A DNA stretch of 64,000 bases, taken from Octopus vulgaris (taxonomy: Eukaryota). This document shows positions 26,399 to 40,267 of this stretch, one piece after another. The stretch's first letter is position 1; each line of letters opens with the position of its first letter. Made by a program: the position numbers and the translations under genes. The notes beneath the pieces are model-generated. The model was given only the letters and a program-made list of their open reading frames with translations. It searched no databases and was not told the origin of the DNA. The stretch spans positions 119,660,001 through 119,724,000 of the forward strand of contig OX597817.1 of assembly GCA_951406725.2 (NCBI GenBank), written 5' to 3'.

Positions 26399-26734
26399 CA
26401 TATATTAGTGAATGTGCTCAGGTGTTTAACAACACCTTACAGAGGTATTGCCATTAAGGTGTCTTCATCAACTATACCACCTACAGTACTTAGTCTGGAA
26501 TTCATTTCATAAGTCATGATTTACTGAATGATTGAGTTCATTTAGTGGTTTATGCTCAATGTGGGGTATATGCCACAAAGAATTAAAACAAACATAACAA
26601 TGTAAGTGATATTTGCCACATGAAAATTGAGCAGAAAATTATCACACACAAACATATATGTATATATGTATGTGTGTGAGTACACACACACACGCACGTT
26701 TTAATGAATTTATGAATTGCACAGTAGAATATAT

Positions 26735-26935
26735 ACTCTTTACTCTTTTACTTGTTTCAGTCATTTGACTGTGGCCATGCTGGAGCACCACCTTTAGTCG
26801 AGCAAATTGACCCCAGGACTTACTCTTTGTAAGCCTAGTACTTATTCTATCGGTTTCTTTTGTTGAACCGCTAAGTTACAAGGATGTAAACACACCAGCA
26901 TCGGTTGTCAAGTGATGTTGGGGGGACAAACACAT

Positions 26936-26966
<31 letters not shown>

Positions 26967-27085
26967 CAATGGGCTTCTTTCAGTTTCTGTCTACCATATC
27001 CACTCACAAGGCTTCCACGAAGTGGGACTGAACCCCGGAACCCTGGTTGGTAAGCAAGCTACTTACCACACAGCCACTCCTGTAC
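26735..27085 (-). mobile_element. SINE family A copy with internal deletion
   Basis: Matches 23306-23703 but lacks about 45 bp between CAAGGCTT and CCACG, the segment containing the CORE-like block. Confidence 0.9.
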
Positions 27086-27974
27086 CCATATATATATGCA
27101 TATATAAATTCATATATCTGTATATATGAATTGTGGTGTGACTTGAAAAGTCACAATTTGATGCAACTTAGATGCACCGTACAGTAATATTTTCTGACAA
27201 TCATCTCGAGGTATTTCTACAGCTGAGATGTAACCTTGTAACCTAAAATTTCCTAACACTTTGAAATAGTTTTCAGATAAGAATACTATGATAAGAATAA
27301 GAAAAGGATGATAAAAGCATAAATTTATATAAAGTATTAAAAATACAAACATGGCATAAACATTAATAAACAAAATGTTGCTGCCGTGATTTATAAAAAA
27401 AATTTTCAAGAAGAATCTAAGAAATGCTTAAGTAAGGATATATTGTACTGAATATTGATTAAAACAGATGAACAACTTACAAACAGAAGCAGCAGTAAAA
27501 GTTACAGGGATTCATAGAATATTGAACAGGAACAATGTATTTGCAGCTGAACCTCAAGAATTCAATAAATCATTAATGCACACTTTTCTGCTTCTGGATT
27601 ACTCAATATTTAATAGATTTTCAATATATTAAAGCCTTGTTTGCCTACAGATGATACAGAATTCATATTTTCCTAAAAGAAAAATAATATTCAAATATAT
27701 GGAAAATATAATCTATCTTCACTATACATATTCAAATAATTTGATAAAATTTTGAGAACACCTCTTGACAATATTTTCCAAGGTTATTTAGTCATTAGGA
27801 TCTAACTGTTAATAATTCCAGTATTTATACATATATGAAAATTTAAATATTTGTATATTATGCCTATAATTATAAATATTTCCCAGTTGCAAAAGTAAAA
27901 CAACAGAGAAGCTTTATTTGCTAGGTACACTGGTATAAAAAAAAAAACCCTGCCAAAAGTAAACAATAATATAG

Positions 27975-28230
27975 GTTTCACATTTTGGCACAAGGCCAGC
28001 AATTTTGGGAGAGGGGCTAAGTTGATTACATCAATCCCAGTGCTCAACAGGTACTTATTTCATTGACCCCAAAATAGGATGACAGGTAAAGTCGACACCA
28101 GTAGAATTTGAACTCAGACTGTAAAGATGGACAAAATACTGTTACGATGGCAAAATATGTAATGATGAACGTAATGATGACAAGGTACATTTTGATCAGC
28201 ATGCTAACCATTCTGCTAACTCACTGCTTT
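27975..28230 (-). mobile_element. SINE family B with 19-bp TSD (1 mismatch)
   Basis: AAAGTAAACA(A/G)TAATATAG at 27956-27974 and 28237-28255; the body matches family B. Confidence 0.85.
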
Positions 28231-29959
28231 TTATAGAAAGTAAACAGTAATATAGCCACAGTAGCATTTGAATTGACAACTCATAAATGAAGACCAATAA
28301 TTTCTCCAGATACTTTTTTTTCCTGTTGCAGTTTCACAAACTTAACTCATTCAACTAGAAATTAACAAACAATTATAGTGTTAGCTGTTTGTTAAAAAGA
28401 GATTCAAAACGAAATGAATATAGAAAAACAAAGGATGGTTATTGTTTATTGTGTGAAAGGAATTCAACTGCTAAGGAACTGAAATACAATCTTAATAATA
28501 TGGTAAGGTTTTGAGGGAGGTTGGTTAAGAAAAAGTATTGTTTCAATTAACAATGTATGCTACTTGAAAAATGATTTAGAATTAAATCAATTTAAAAGTA
28601 AGTCAGTAACAGAAAACAACATGTTATGCTATGCAACTTTATACATATATTCATTAGTTTAATAATACACTTCTTAGTGCAGTTTCTTTGTCAAAACAAA
28701 TATATTTAGAACCTTATTTGAATGCAGATAGTAATTTTAGTGAGTCTGAAAAATGGGTGTGCTTCTGTTCTTAACACAGAAGCTTCATCAAAAAATACTA
28801 ATCATTATCATAGAATGAGATTGAAATGTATTTTCAGTTGGTTTTATTGAAATAAAGTAAAAGAAGGATACACAATACTTGAGCTATGATTAATAATCTG
28901 AATTCATATTTTCTGGTGCATATGATCCAACTCCTTAATAATGGTTGTATTTATTTCTAAAGTGACAGTTAAAATATTACAGTGTTATCTTTCCTTGTAC
29001 TATCTTGAATAAATAACAGAGACTGTTTCTTTGTATGTTTATTTATGATTGTGATTGCTTGTTTGACTGTCAGTTATATGTTTAATGCTGATTTCAGATT
29101 TACAGACACTTAAATTTTACCTCTGAAATGTAGTAGTGGAATTATTTTTGCTTAAAACTATAAAAAGCTAAAAAAATAAAAAATTAAATTAAAAAAAAAA
29201 TCTCAAAATCATATTTATTCAGATGTCACTTCCTGTCCTGGTTAAAAGAAAAGGAAAAGTATTTCATGTTCAGAATTAATAGTAAAGCAAAGAAATTCAT
29301 TCTTATGTAAAAATGAGGAAATGTTGGTGCATGTATAGTAAATAATATTTGTATCTCAAAAGACAAACTGGCTGAAAACAAACAAATGTGGCATGATAAG
29401 CTGACGCTTTGGTCAGAAAAGCTATCAGAATTGGGTGTGCATGCATGTGTGTATGATGTTTCTGCAAAAGTCTATTTATTCTACTTTTTTAATATTATTT
29501 TTAAATACAAAGGAAATGTTGGAATAAATTATAGTCAATGTAGTGTACTGAATTGTAATGGTTTACAAATTTTTCTTAATTTTTATTCCTGATTTGAAAT
29601 GTGCAAAGAGCATAAATTATAGCTATAGACAAGGAAAGCAAATATATCTTTGATACACAAAAGACTCAATAAAGATTCAATAATATGAGTATATACACTA
29701 AGCCTCACAATACAGACTTTCAAATATCATTTGAGAAAGTTGAAAATTTTCTAGAAATGTAGTTATGATGGCGTAGAATGAAGAAGTTGTCATGATAATA
29801 ATGACAAGGAGGAAAAGTAACATTTGCTGCAGTTACTATATTAATTTATATGCAATGGTAGTATCAAAATTAATAGGATACAGATTATTAGAACATTTTC
29901 TATGCACAGAATCACTTCACACTGCCTCGTTGGATGGTCTGTGATGCCACAACAGACAA

Positions 29960-30059
29960 CTGGTGTTTGGACAGCTGACCAGCTCCGTGTCGAACCATCC
30001 AACCCATGCCAGCATGGAAATTGGACATTAAACGATTGATGAGGATGATGATGATGATG
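29960..30059 (+). mobile_element. RTE-type 3' tail fragment
   Basis: CCATCCAACCCATGCCAGCATGGAAATTGGACATTAAACGA followed by (TGA)n. Confidence 0.8.
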
Positions 30060-30273
30060 TAGGAAGCAGACTAAAATATCTCATTTGAGAATACAAGGAA
30101 ATATATGTAAAAACTAGGCTATGTAGTCAACCTCATTATCACTCTAGCACAACGATTCGTAAATTATTTAATGTAAGAAAAGGCTTTACCTATCTAAAAC
30201 AAGTCCAGAAAATTAGAAAAGACAGTAAATAAATGCCAGGCAACTCAATCTATACTGTAATTTTGTTTGTTAC

Positions 30274-30332
30274 CTTGCTTTTATCACTAATGGCAATCAA
30301 AAAATTGTGAACATGAGCATTTTCAATTCTGC
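30274..30332 (-). CDS. Candidate 59-nt internal coding exon, (G)RIENAHVHNFLIAISDKSK, protein not recognised
   Basis: Strong acceptor TTTATTTTTATGTTTTCAG|G and donor AAG|GTAACA; only one of three frames is open. Confidence 0.3.
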
Positions 30333-31424
30333 CTGAAAACATAAAAATAAACGACCTTATTTGTCATGCCTGTCAGGAAACATGAGCTAAACATTATTTC
30401 TGCTCATCTTTTCCTGTGATAGTATGGCAGAGAAAAGACAAACTGGATGCAGACATGATGAAGTGTTTGAAAAGATTGAAGAAGCAAATACATAACCTTA
30501 ATACCATCAATTGAAGCACAAGAAAATGAATAGGAAATAAAGCTATTTACACATGCATTTCACACATTCTCAGAAGCTTACAATTAAAGAAACAGTTGCT
30601 TTAACTAATACTTGTGCAATAACTAATATCTGTGTTATGATGTTTAACAAATAGATCATCATCTTGGTTGTCATTAATCTTAGCAATAATAATAAAGTAG
30701 TCATATGTAATAATATGCCACCATACCCACATCGTTACATGCAGTAGTAGTAATTCCCCTAATGCTTGTTCTCATCATTTGCACAATCCTTTTTTTTCCT
30801 TACCATTTGATAAGAATTTTCATTATAGCAAAAAAGTATTGGCATCACAATTGTTCTCACCATAATCATCCGTGTAACTGACATAATTATAATGAATATC
30901 AATTTCATGATAATGATATTGTTATTGTCACATATTTAGCTACAGATTAATTTCCTTCTGGTGGTGGTGGTGACAGCAATGATGATGAGGACTCTTGTCA
31001 CCACCATCATCATCATTTTATTATAGATTTTGTTTTTATGCTCTGCATCATTAAGATAGATACATAGAAATAACTTTCTTTTCATTTATATCAGTATTGA
31101 AATATTTTTCAGTCTATTGGTGAAACCACATATATCTAAATCTTTATGAACCCATCTCAGACATGGCACAGGCGATTACTCACATAACACAATTCATCTA
31201 CTCTAATCACATATTCATATATTCTGAAAGGCTAGTAATTACATATTACTCTCAGTATCAGATGGTTGCTGCAGTTAATCATTATAGCAACATAGAAAAT
31301 ATGATGTTAAATGTTTGATGGTTTTTATGGCCATGACTACAGTAAAAGTAATCTAGTAATGATTATGATGGTTATTAACTTGAAGGTGTTGGTGTTAATG
31401 CATTTGATTATAACATTAATTTCT

Positions 31425-31625
31425 GTTATTGGCACAATGCCACATATTTTGGGGGAGAGTATAGTCAATAAAATTGACCTCCAGGTACATAATTTTATCA
31501 ACCTCTAAAGGTTGAAAAGTAGAGTGCCTTCAGTAGGATATGAACTCAGAATGTAAAAGGCCATAATTAAATACTACAAGGCATTTTGTCCAATACTCTA
31601 ATGATTCTGCTAAACTACTGCATTT
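31425..31625 (-). mobile_element. SINE family B decayed copy
   Basis: GGCACAATGCC...TGAACTCAGAATGTAAA...GGCATTTTGTCCAATACTCTAATGATTCTGC. Confidence 0.7.
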
Positions 31626-32519
31626 TTGATAGCAATTGCAAAGATGATGATACTGAAAATGTGATCTTATTGCTAGTAATGGAATCTGTATGTAAAACTT
31701 AGGAGAAAATTCTAAGTACATAGCAATTTGCAAGATAGGAAAAAAAATATTCTGCTACTAACAACAGCTGTATGACAAGGTTTCATAATATAATTAATAA
31801 TCATTCTCCAAGTTCTGTGGCTCAAGGAAATTAAGCAGCATTGAAAAGAAATGCTAGTAATTCTACAACATTAAGTAGTATACTGAAGAAATCTGTGGGA
31901 TTGTCATTCTGCTAATCTTATAATAGTCTTAACAAAAGTAATGCACATTCACAAAATCTGAAGGGATCAACACTAATGTTCATCTTTCAGTACTTGATAA
32001 AGCAAGTACCAGCAATACAAAGGAGCTGATTTGCTCAAATATAACCCTTCCCCACCTGAAATTTGTTTTTGCCATGACAAAAGAAAACAATATTGTAAGA
32101 TATATTTCAATATATTCCTGATATCATCAAAACAGTGCTTGTAGCAATATGCAGCAACTATTATGAAGTAAACAATCAGCAAAACTATACACCTGAAGCA
32201 TAGAATTAATCTCTAATGTTATAAAGATCATCGTATCATAATTAGATAGGTGAATATTAGAAACAAAGAAATTAAACCTTATAATTATGTATTGTAGTCA
32301 CTAATGATATATAGAAATTGATTACAAAATCAGTTTGAATTCTATATAATTTTCAAACTGTAACATAACAGATTTCAAATAAACCACACACCTCAGCACT
32401 GAATAAAAATAACCACTATAATCAATATTAAGCAGAAGCACTGAAAAGAAACACAGACTCTCAAAACACCCACGAACAATTTATTTTTACAATGAAGCCC
32501 ACCTTCTACTAAACTGATT

Positions 32520-33900
32520 AACTACTGCTTAGCTTTGACTACTCACCATGCAGTGCTATGTCCAAATTTTTGTGACAGTTGACTGGTCAGAGCTCTGTAA
32601 ATTTTATGCTAGCTATCCCTGGTAGGATGTTCTTCATCCTTAACCCATTAGAGATGGTTAAAGAGATGACAGAAACAATTCTGCACACAGACAAAATACA
32701 TCATTTCAAATACCCAAAATGAGTTGCATGTACTGCATCCAAAGAACATGAGCAACATTGCCTGCAAATCTTCATCCTACAAATTGTACAATCCTACAAG
32801 CTGCATGGTACCCACTACAGAAACTCTTGCAAAACCATAATCTAACATGCAAAATATACCTTCATAGATTGATTAGCCCATAACGTCTTCCACCTCCCAA
32901 ATTACAGTCAATCCTTCATGTTCCTTGCTAAATCAAGATATCTAACAATTTTGTGTGATCCTCCTAATCTCTACTTTTCAACTGTGATGCTTCTGTAATC
33001 ATAGAAAGAGTTGCTACAGCCGCTGCCCATTTTGCATCCAATACTACAATGCATACACAAAGCAGAACTCCACTAAAACTTTCCTCCTCCTCTTGCCAGC
33101 TTAGCACCACTTCCAAGAGCAAAGTGTGAAAGTGCTCTTAAAATTGTTCAACAAGATTACCAGCTAAAATATGTGTCCTGGAAGCAGTAACTATTCTCAA
33201 CAAACACTTCAATCCATCTTTTGCTTTATGAGGATGGATACATTCTGATTGTTGAAAACATACTACTATAAGTTTAATTCCCAAGAAAGACAACTTTCTA
33301 CCACCATCAATTACTGATCTATATCTAATATATAATTAATAAACAACGTCCCCAATATCTAAAAAGTCTTTATACATGTTTAATGACCACCAGCATAGCT
33401 TTCCTTATGTCAGTCATTAGTGAGGCCTCACACATGACAAATTTGGTTAAAATATTGCACTTGATATTAGAAAAGCATCTGAATTTGTTTGGTATACATA
33501 TCTCCCAGCTAAGGTACCAACCCATGAGCTTCATCTATCTCATGCTGTGTTGTTCAGAAGCTTTTTGTATGATTGCAAGACTGCAATATGTGTGCAAATG
33601 GAGCTCTCCTTTGTGTGCTCCAAATATCAGTTATGCATTGTCCACACTTTTCATCTTATACATCAGCTACCTATTTGCCACCATCTCAAACAATGCTCAC
33701 TTCTAAGCAAATGATACCACACTTCACTACACCAAACCTTCTGCACACAAGTGACATCAGCATGTAATAAAAATAACTCATGTGAAATATGTCTCTATGA
33801 ACACCTTCTTGCAAACCTCAAAAACCTTCTCTAATGGGAGATGTATCATATTGTTTCCTCTAATACCAGAAATACACATGCATTACATACATCAAGGAAA
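32520..33900 (+). pseudogene. Heavily decayed CR1/Jockey-group LINE reverse-transcriptase region
   Basis: Fragments IPKKD..NY*SIS, IALDIRKASEFVW (cf. LDxSKAFDxVW) and LFILYISYL...NAHF*ANDTTL (cf. LFLxYINDL...YADD). Confidence 0.75.
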
Positions 33901-36900
33901 CAATTTTGTGCCTACCCACATAGTCACAAGCAATACACAACAAAAATCTTGAAATTTACTACAAACACTGATGATTTTTTTTCTGGTGGTCTCATATTCA
34001 CAATATAACAGAAACAGCATCCCAAACATTAGCCTTCATCTTCAGGGTCAATTATTACTTCAAGTACTCAACATTTACTAGCTTTTTGTGAAGGTCAAGT
34101 AAAGCCTACAGTTAAATGAATTGCTCTATAAGTTAATAAGATTTCTTGACATTGATCATATCTAAAACAAAATGCACCAAACTTGGGAACAACTAGATAG
34201 ACATACCGGATTGTCATTCTGTATAAGAGTGAAGTATTTAATACCACATTCATCAGTAAGATTTCTGAGTCAACTGGAACAGCATATACAGTAAAACAGC
34301 ATATACAGTAAAACAGCAAACTATAAATTTTGCAGTATTTAGTTCAGTAGCCTCTTTAAGTTGAAATCCAATGATCATTGTCAATTAGGAGATTTCTGTT
34401 TATTCATCCCTGGATGAATAAGCATCTATCCTTTCTTAGAAAATTGTATTTGTATCAGGAAACAATGGAACTAAAACTGAACTAGTAAGAAACAAAAGTA
34501 AAGAAGCATTAATCTTTATTTTTAACACTGAGAAAAAGTGATGTTGAATTTTGATATCTAGAATTTATTACATATAATAAAAACTGATATAACAGAACTA
34601 TATCTGATTAAAAGGGAATGAAAGAACCATACAGAGTTAGATTCAAACTAATAGGATCCAAGAAATAATTAAAATATTCAAATAACTTATTTTCAAGTTC
34701 AACACAGTGTTAATCAGACTTCATTATAACAGTTAAATCTTATTTACTGAAGTCACTCATTTTGAATCTTCTAATCACAGATGACACTGATTAAATTCTC
34801 ACACTTACTGGTCTTCATCTGTGATATTCAATAAACAACCAATTCCAAACATACAACTAAACCTTTACAAATAATTATTTGGTGATATACTGATATTGGA
34901 AGATATAATTAAAGTTCTGTCCACACAAAGGCTGAAAAGAAAGAATCACAATTTCAACAGCTGGATCAAAGTATTCCTCCTTGATAAAAGCAGCAATGTC
35001 CAAGTAATTTAATAGTTCAAAAGGATCCCACAAAGTAATTTTAATTATGATTTAATCCTATAATTATAGAGATCTATCAGACTGTTCCTAACTAACTAAA
35101 CTATACATATATGCTTATTTCCAATATTATATATACATACACATGCATTCATGCTATTTAAAAACAAATGTATGTATTTGGTAAACATACAAATGTATGT
35201 ATAATAAATCGTAAGTATAAATGGATCCATGTCTCTAGTAAAAGAACGACTTGTTTTAAGTATATTCTTGAATAAAAGGCTAATTATTGTTGTGCTTATT
35301 GAAGTTAAGAAATATTTCATGTATATCAATACATTTGAAATGAAGATGAACAGATTTAACTAACAAATTATATGCATTTACATTTTGTGACTAGTATCCA
35401 ATAATTATATCCAATAATATGACGGCTTACTGAACATTATGGATACAGTTCCTTTCAATGCCACATGAATTTTCTATGAAGTGGATCTAACAATTTTCTG
35501 TTGCAATATGTATCCAATAACTACCCATGATATAAAATAAATTTCTATATTTATCCAAATCAGTAACAGTTACCATAATTTACTTAATTTTAGTGTTTGG
35601 TATCTATTATTTTGCTTAGGCTAGAACAGTAATTTTTATCAAGTACAATCCATTAAACTGGTAAACTAGACTCAACCAGATTATAACAGCTTTGATTCTA
35701 CAGAATTTATAGATATGATGCGCTGTAGCAGCGAAATAAAATTAATGAAAATAGGAAGATTGTATAGGATATTTATAAATCTTGATTCTGTTTCATATTT
35801 AATTTTTTTTAAATTCAAGTAAGGACCATTTAATTATTTTCCACTCTCATTTGACATATCAATATAAGTAAGTTATATTAATATAAGCAAGTTCAGAAAA
35901 ATAATTGGGTAATTAATAATAATGAAAATAAGGAGATAAAAAAAGAATTACAGACAATGCAGGATGTTGCCTTGTAAACACACCTACCTAAAGCAATATA
36001 GAAAAAAAAAATGCTAAAACAGAATAACGCTGATGATGATGATGATTAAACTGGTAATTGTAATGATGGTAATACTAGAGAAAATGAGGAGCCGTACTTA
36101 TATAAAACTACATTATCATCTCTGTTATGATGAACATGTAGGATGTTCATCATAGGATGGATAGATGAATGGATGGATGGATATTTAAATTTCACGTTTG
36201 TCTATTTTTCCATTGTTTTCATTTTCATGCATAAGCTTCAAAATTAAAAAGAACAGATTTATCTTTGAAATATTTTTCTTGTACTATATTGAAATGGAGT
36301 TGCTATTAGTTAGCACACCTACACACATGCCTTTGTGGTGGTGTTTGTTTTGGCCTATAAGGATATGCATACTTTTTAGTGAATTAGTCTTTTTGCATTT
36401 TCAAACAGATTTTGTGTGTAGAAGAAGCTATAAAAGAGAACTGAATTCTTGATTGCAGTAAGGACTATTCTTAGAATAATTATATATTTTCCAAAATATA
36501 GATTAAATAAAAGGCAATTTTGCAATGATCAATTAGTGAATACATATTTCATTATAGCTCATTTAATATTATTCAAATCTTTAATATTTCAACTAAACTT
36601 TTGAAACATAAATTCTTTGAGCAAACATTTCATTTTGCTTTGACTTTAGAAATATAAATTGAATTTTCTTCCTTTTGTGAATGCAATAATAATATTTTAT
36701 CACAAAGTTTTCCCCAAACAATTATATATATATGTGTGTGTGTGTGTATTATACATCTATATATCTATAATACACACATATACACATACATGTCTTCATA
36801 CACACACATATTTATATTCTATGAGGTATTTATGCACATGTTCACATTAAAGAAAGTTGTTATATAATATAGGCTAAGAATTAATTAGTTTAAATCCTGA

Positions 36901-36994
36901 AACAAGATTTTGTTAACGTTTTCTATGTACTTAGCAGCTGTTGTTCAGAATAGGTTACACACTCAAGTTATATGTGTGTGTGTGTGTGTATATA

Positions 36995-37304
36995 CAGGGC
37001 GTGGTGAATAAACTGGCATCTAAATTATACAAAAGGAAAATAACACTGACAACTCATTTTAACAGATATATTTACCAAAATTACATAGAAATATCTTGGA
37101 ATACTACACAGTAAATTTATTCAATAAAATCGCCATTGGCTTCAACCACAGCCTCCAGACGACTTCGGAATCTCCTGCTAGCCTTCTGGATGGTCTTCTT
37201 GTTCAAGCTGGGGAATACTGCCATAATCCTTGCCTTCAGTTCATCTTTTGTGTTAAAAGGAGTTTTGTTGGTCTCTTGCTCAACTGCTCTCCACACATAA
37301 TAAT
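36995..37304 (-). mobile_element. Tc1/mariner-superfamily (maT/DD37D-like) transposon 3' end with transposase C-terminus
   Basis: ORF 37117-37356 contains YYVWRAVEQETNKTPFNTKDELKARIMAVF..FRSRLEAVVEANGDFIE*. Terminus TA|CAGGG at 36993-36999. Confidence 0.85.
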
Positions 37305-37639
37305 GAATACTTGATAATACACATAATAACCTAATACATGAAATCAATATGCCCATTGACGAACCTCTGTATCAGTAAAAATGTTGTATATAAATGTACC
37401 ATGCACACAAGGGGTGGGCTGTATGGGCAGATGGCTGATTTATTTAAGAATCACTTTTGCAACCATGTCACCAGCTTCAAAAGTGTCAATAAGAGACATT
37501 CAACATCTTTGGCTCATTTTTGTATGGTGACTGAAGATGAAATTAAGTACATCTTAACTTGGTTGATAGTAAGGCAAGCAAAACCATACAATATCATTTC
37601 CAGGAGCTGCCGACTCTGCTCCAAGGAATCCCAATCTAT

Positions 37640-37676
37640 TCATATATATAAATATATATGTATATTTAGATATATG

Positions 37677-37735
<59 letters not shown>

Positions 37736-37768
37736 CTGGATGGATGGAAGAATGGATGGGTATATATA

Positions 37769-37809
<41 letters not shown>

Positions 37810-37890
37810 ATACATAAATATCTATCTATATATATGTGTGTGTGTGTGTGTATATATATATATGGATGGAATGATGGATGGATGGATATC
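37640..37890. repeat. Compound (TA)n/(CA)n/(TGGA)n microsatellite
   Basis: Directly visible. Confidence 0.95.
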
Positions 37891-38265
37891 CAAATACATA
37901 TGTATTACACAAATAATCTCTGTGTATGTGTGTTGTGCCATCACATCAAGACATTGCAATTCTTTAAAAACTGTGATTCTGTCAAATTCATCTTTACTAT
38001 CACTGCTTCTACCAGGCACTAGTAAACTTATGTATTGTAATTGTTTCTCTAACACTAATCACTTTCATACTGTCTCCCCTTCGCAATAAGTACTTTCAAT
38101 AACCATTCTGTATCACAACTTCTTTCCTTTGAAACCATTCATTTATACACAAACATGCATATTCAATCTTTTCTTCCTCATTGTTTCATTCAATGACCAA
38201 TGGATGATGACATGATTTTATTTTCTGAAAGTTCAACTGAGTCAACTATTAAGAAACTATCTTAA

Positions 38266-38485
38266 CCCTTTTGATACCAACCGGGCTGAAACCGGCTCTG
38301 GCTCTCAGTACAAATGTCTTGTTTTCATAAGTTTTGAATTAAAATCTTCCATCAAACATTAGTCACAATTTATGTTCCTAACACTAGCTTAATGATAACC
38401 AAGTTATTTTACTAAATTCTTTGTTATATTTAAAATAATTGAAAGACACACAGAGCATCTCAAAATAGATGCAGTAACGAAAGGG
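38266..38485. mobile_element. piggyBac-type MITE (220 bp) with TTAA TSD
   Basis: TTAA|CCCTTTTGATACC ... AGTAACGAAAGGG|TTAA, with TTAA at 38262-38265 and 38486-38489. Confidence 0.9.
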
Positions 38486-40156
38486 TTAAAGTAATATGAA
38501 CCTCTTATGATATATCTTCACACCTTTCCTATGAAGGAAAGCATGTATCTTGACTATGAAATGTACTTGCTATTTCAAACATTTTCACATACTTTTTTTT
38601 TCTTTTTGCAAATTCAATTAAGAACTTAAAGAATTATTTTTTTTTTTAATATTTAAAAATCTGATTTGCTATCAAGGAGAGATGGTCAAAGAAACAATTT
38701 TTTTCCCATGTCAATTCATTTAAGATTTCTTGAAACTTGGATTTCAACAAATACACACATGCATGCATATATGCACACAAACATGTGTGCATACATGCAT
38801 ACACACACATTTGTGCATATGCATACACACACACAAACAAATATCTCTGCCTAGCTTTGAGCCAATAATAATCATGAGATATCATGACTAGCCATAATAG
38901 TCATTCAATTTTTATTTCCACAGCATGATCAATAGTTCAATATGAGTTCTTTGTGAATAGGAATTTTCAGTAAAAGAAGTGCACAAAAGAAAACTATGAA
39001 AGTATTCAAGAAATAAATTTCAATAATGTGGTACCACTGTATCTGAAAATCTCTCTCTCAATTAGATGGACAGTCATCATGGTTCTCTTTATCTCTTTGA
39101 GAAATGGTAAATATACTATGACCAATACAGGCTTACAAGTTGCACAATATTCTTGAAAGTAGAGAGCAAAACAAAATCGCCTTCCAATTATCATTAATCA
39201 AATTATATGGATTAAGACTGAAACATTTTATTACTATTATAACTGATACTTAGAGAAACTACTCGGATATGTTTAAAAGTTTATGAGTGTGAGTCTGTTT
39301 GATGAAAGTTATAGTCACAGATGAAAAGAAAAATACTAAGTTCAATACAGATGATGACCACTTTATTCATTTAACGTTTTAAAGAGAGAGATAAGAATAA
39401 AGGCGACAAAATGAGCAAATACTGTGTTCAAAAACATATTTAATGAATAAAGTGCTATGTCACATTCTTCATTATCAATTGTTTTTTTTTTAAAATGAGT
39501 TTGTGCACCACAAGTATTGAGATTAATTTTTAAAACTTTACTCCTTTACAAATCAATTTATTTTAGATTGCTCTATGGTTAACTTTTTTTTTAGAGAAAG
39601 CGTAAACATTGAAATGACAATATGGTATTTCTCAATTTTACAAACACAGAGCAATGAGAAATTTAATTCCTGTAATACTTGAGCTTAAAATAACTGACTA
39701 TGAATGAAACTATAACATAAACAGAAGCCATAGTATTAAAATATTAAATATTATTTTTGCAAAATATTTTAATTAAATTGTATTAAATATAGGCTAGGAA
39801 TGACTTAATTGAAATTTCAAAACAAACAATTATTCCAGTGTAATGAAAGAATTTTTTAAATATTTAGCAGATGTATTAGCAGGTTTAGTAGAAATGCATT
39901 CATTCTTCCTTAACCACATGGCATTGAGCAGATACAAGTCAAGCTTCATGGCATGATGCTGTAGCAAATATTTGAACCCTAACCACTAGATATTTGATTA
40001 TGCAAAACAAGTGAGCCACCATGTGATTGATTTATAAATCAACCAATCAGCATGAAGTTGTGGCATGATGTGGCTTATTCAGATGTTCTAAAATTTAACC
40101 TCTTGTCCTCTATAAAAAACAGTGTTGAGAATGGTTGACTGATTCACATGCCTCAC

Positions 40157-40267
40157 CTCTTGCCAGGCAGACGACCTTCAGCATTCGAGCTGACAGCTTC
40201 AGACTTTTGCACAGATATCTTGGACAGACTGATTCTGAATATTCACATGATGTCTCATAAGTAACTT
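40157..40267 (-). CDS. Candidate exon; strand and acceptor ambiguous
   Basis: GC/CpG-elevated unique patch with - strand donor GAG|GTGAGG. The acceptor at 40268 gives 111 nt (VTYETSCEY..VVCLAR); the one at 40235 gives 78 nt (ISLSKISVQKSEAVSSNAEGRLPGK). A + strand model also fits (see findings). Confidence 0.3.

Noticed and set aside
26441-26500. Peptide GGIVDEDTL resembling the KChIP/NCS motif SGxVNEDTF
   Set aside because: The match is too short, flanking residues disagree and the acceptor is weak.
31883-31910. CTGAAGA followed by a short stem (hammerhead-like)
   Set aside because: No GAAA follows the stem, so the core is incomplete.
37560-37636. Exon-like patch (WDSLEQSRQLLEMILYGFACLTINQ on the - strand)
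   Set aside because: Acceptor and donor are both weak, it adjoins a microsatellite, and I recognise no homology.
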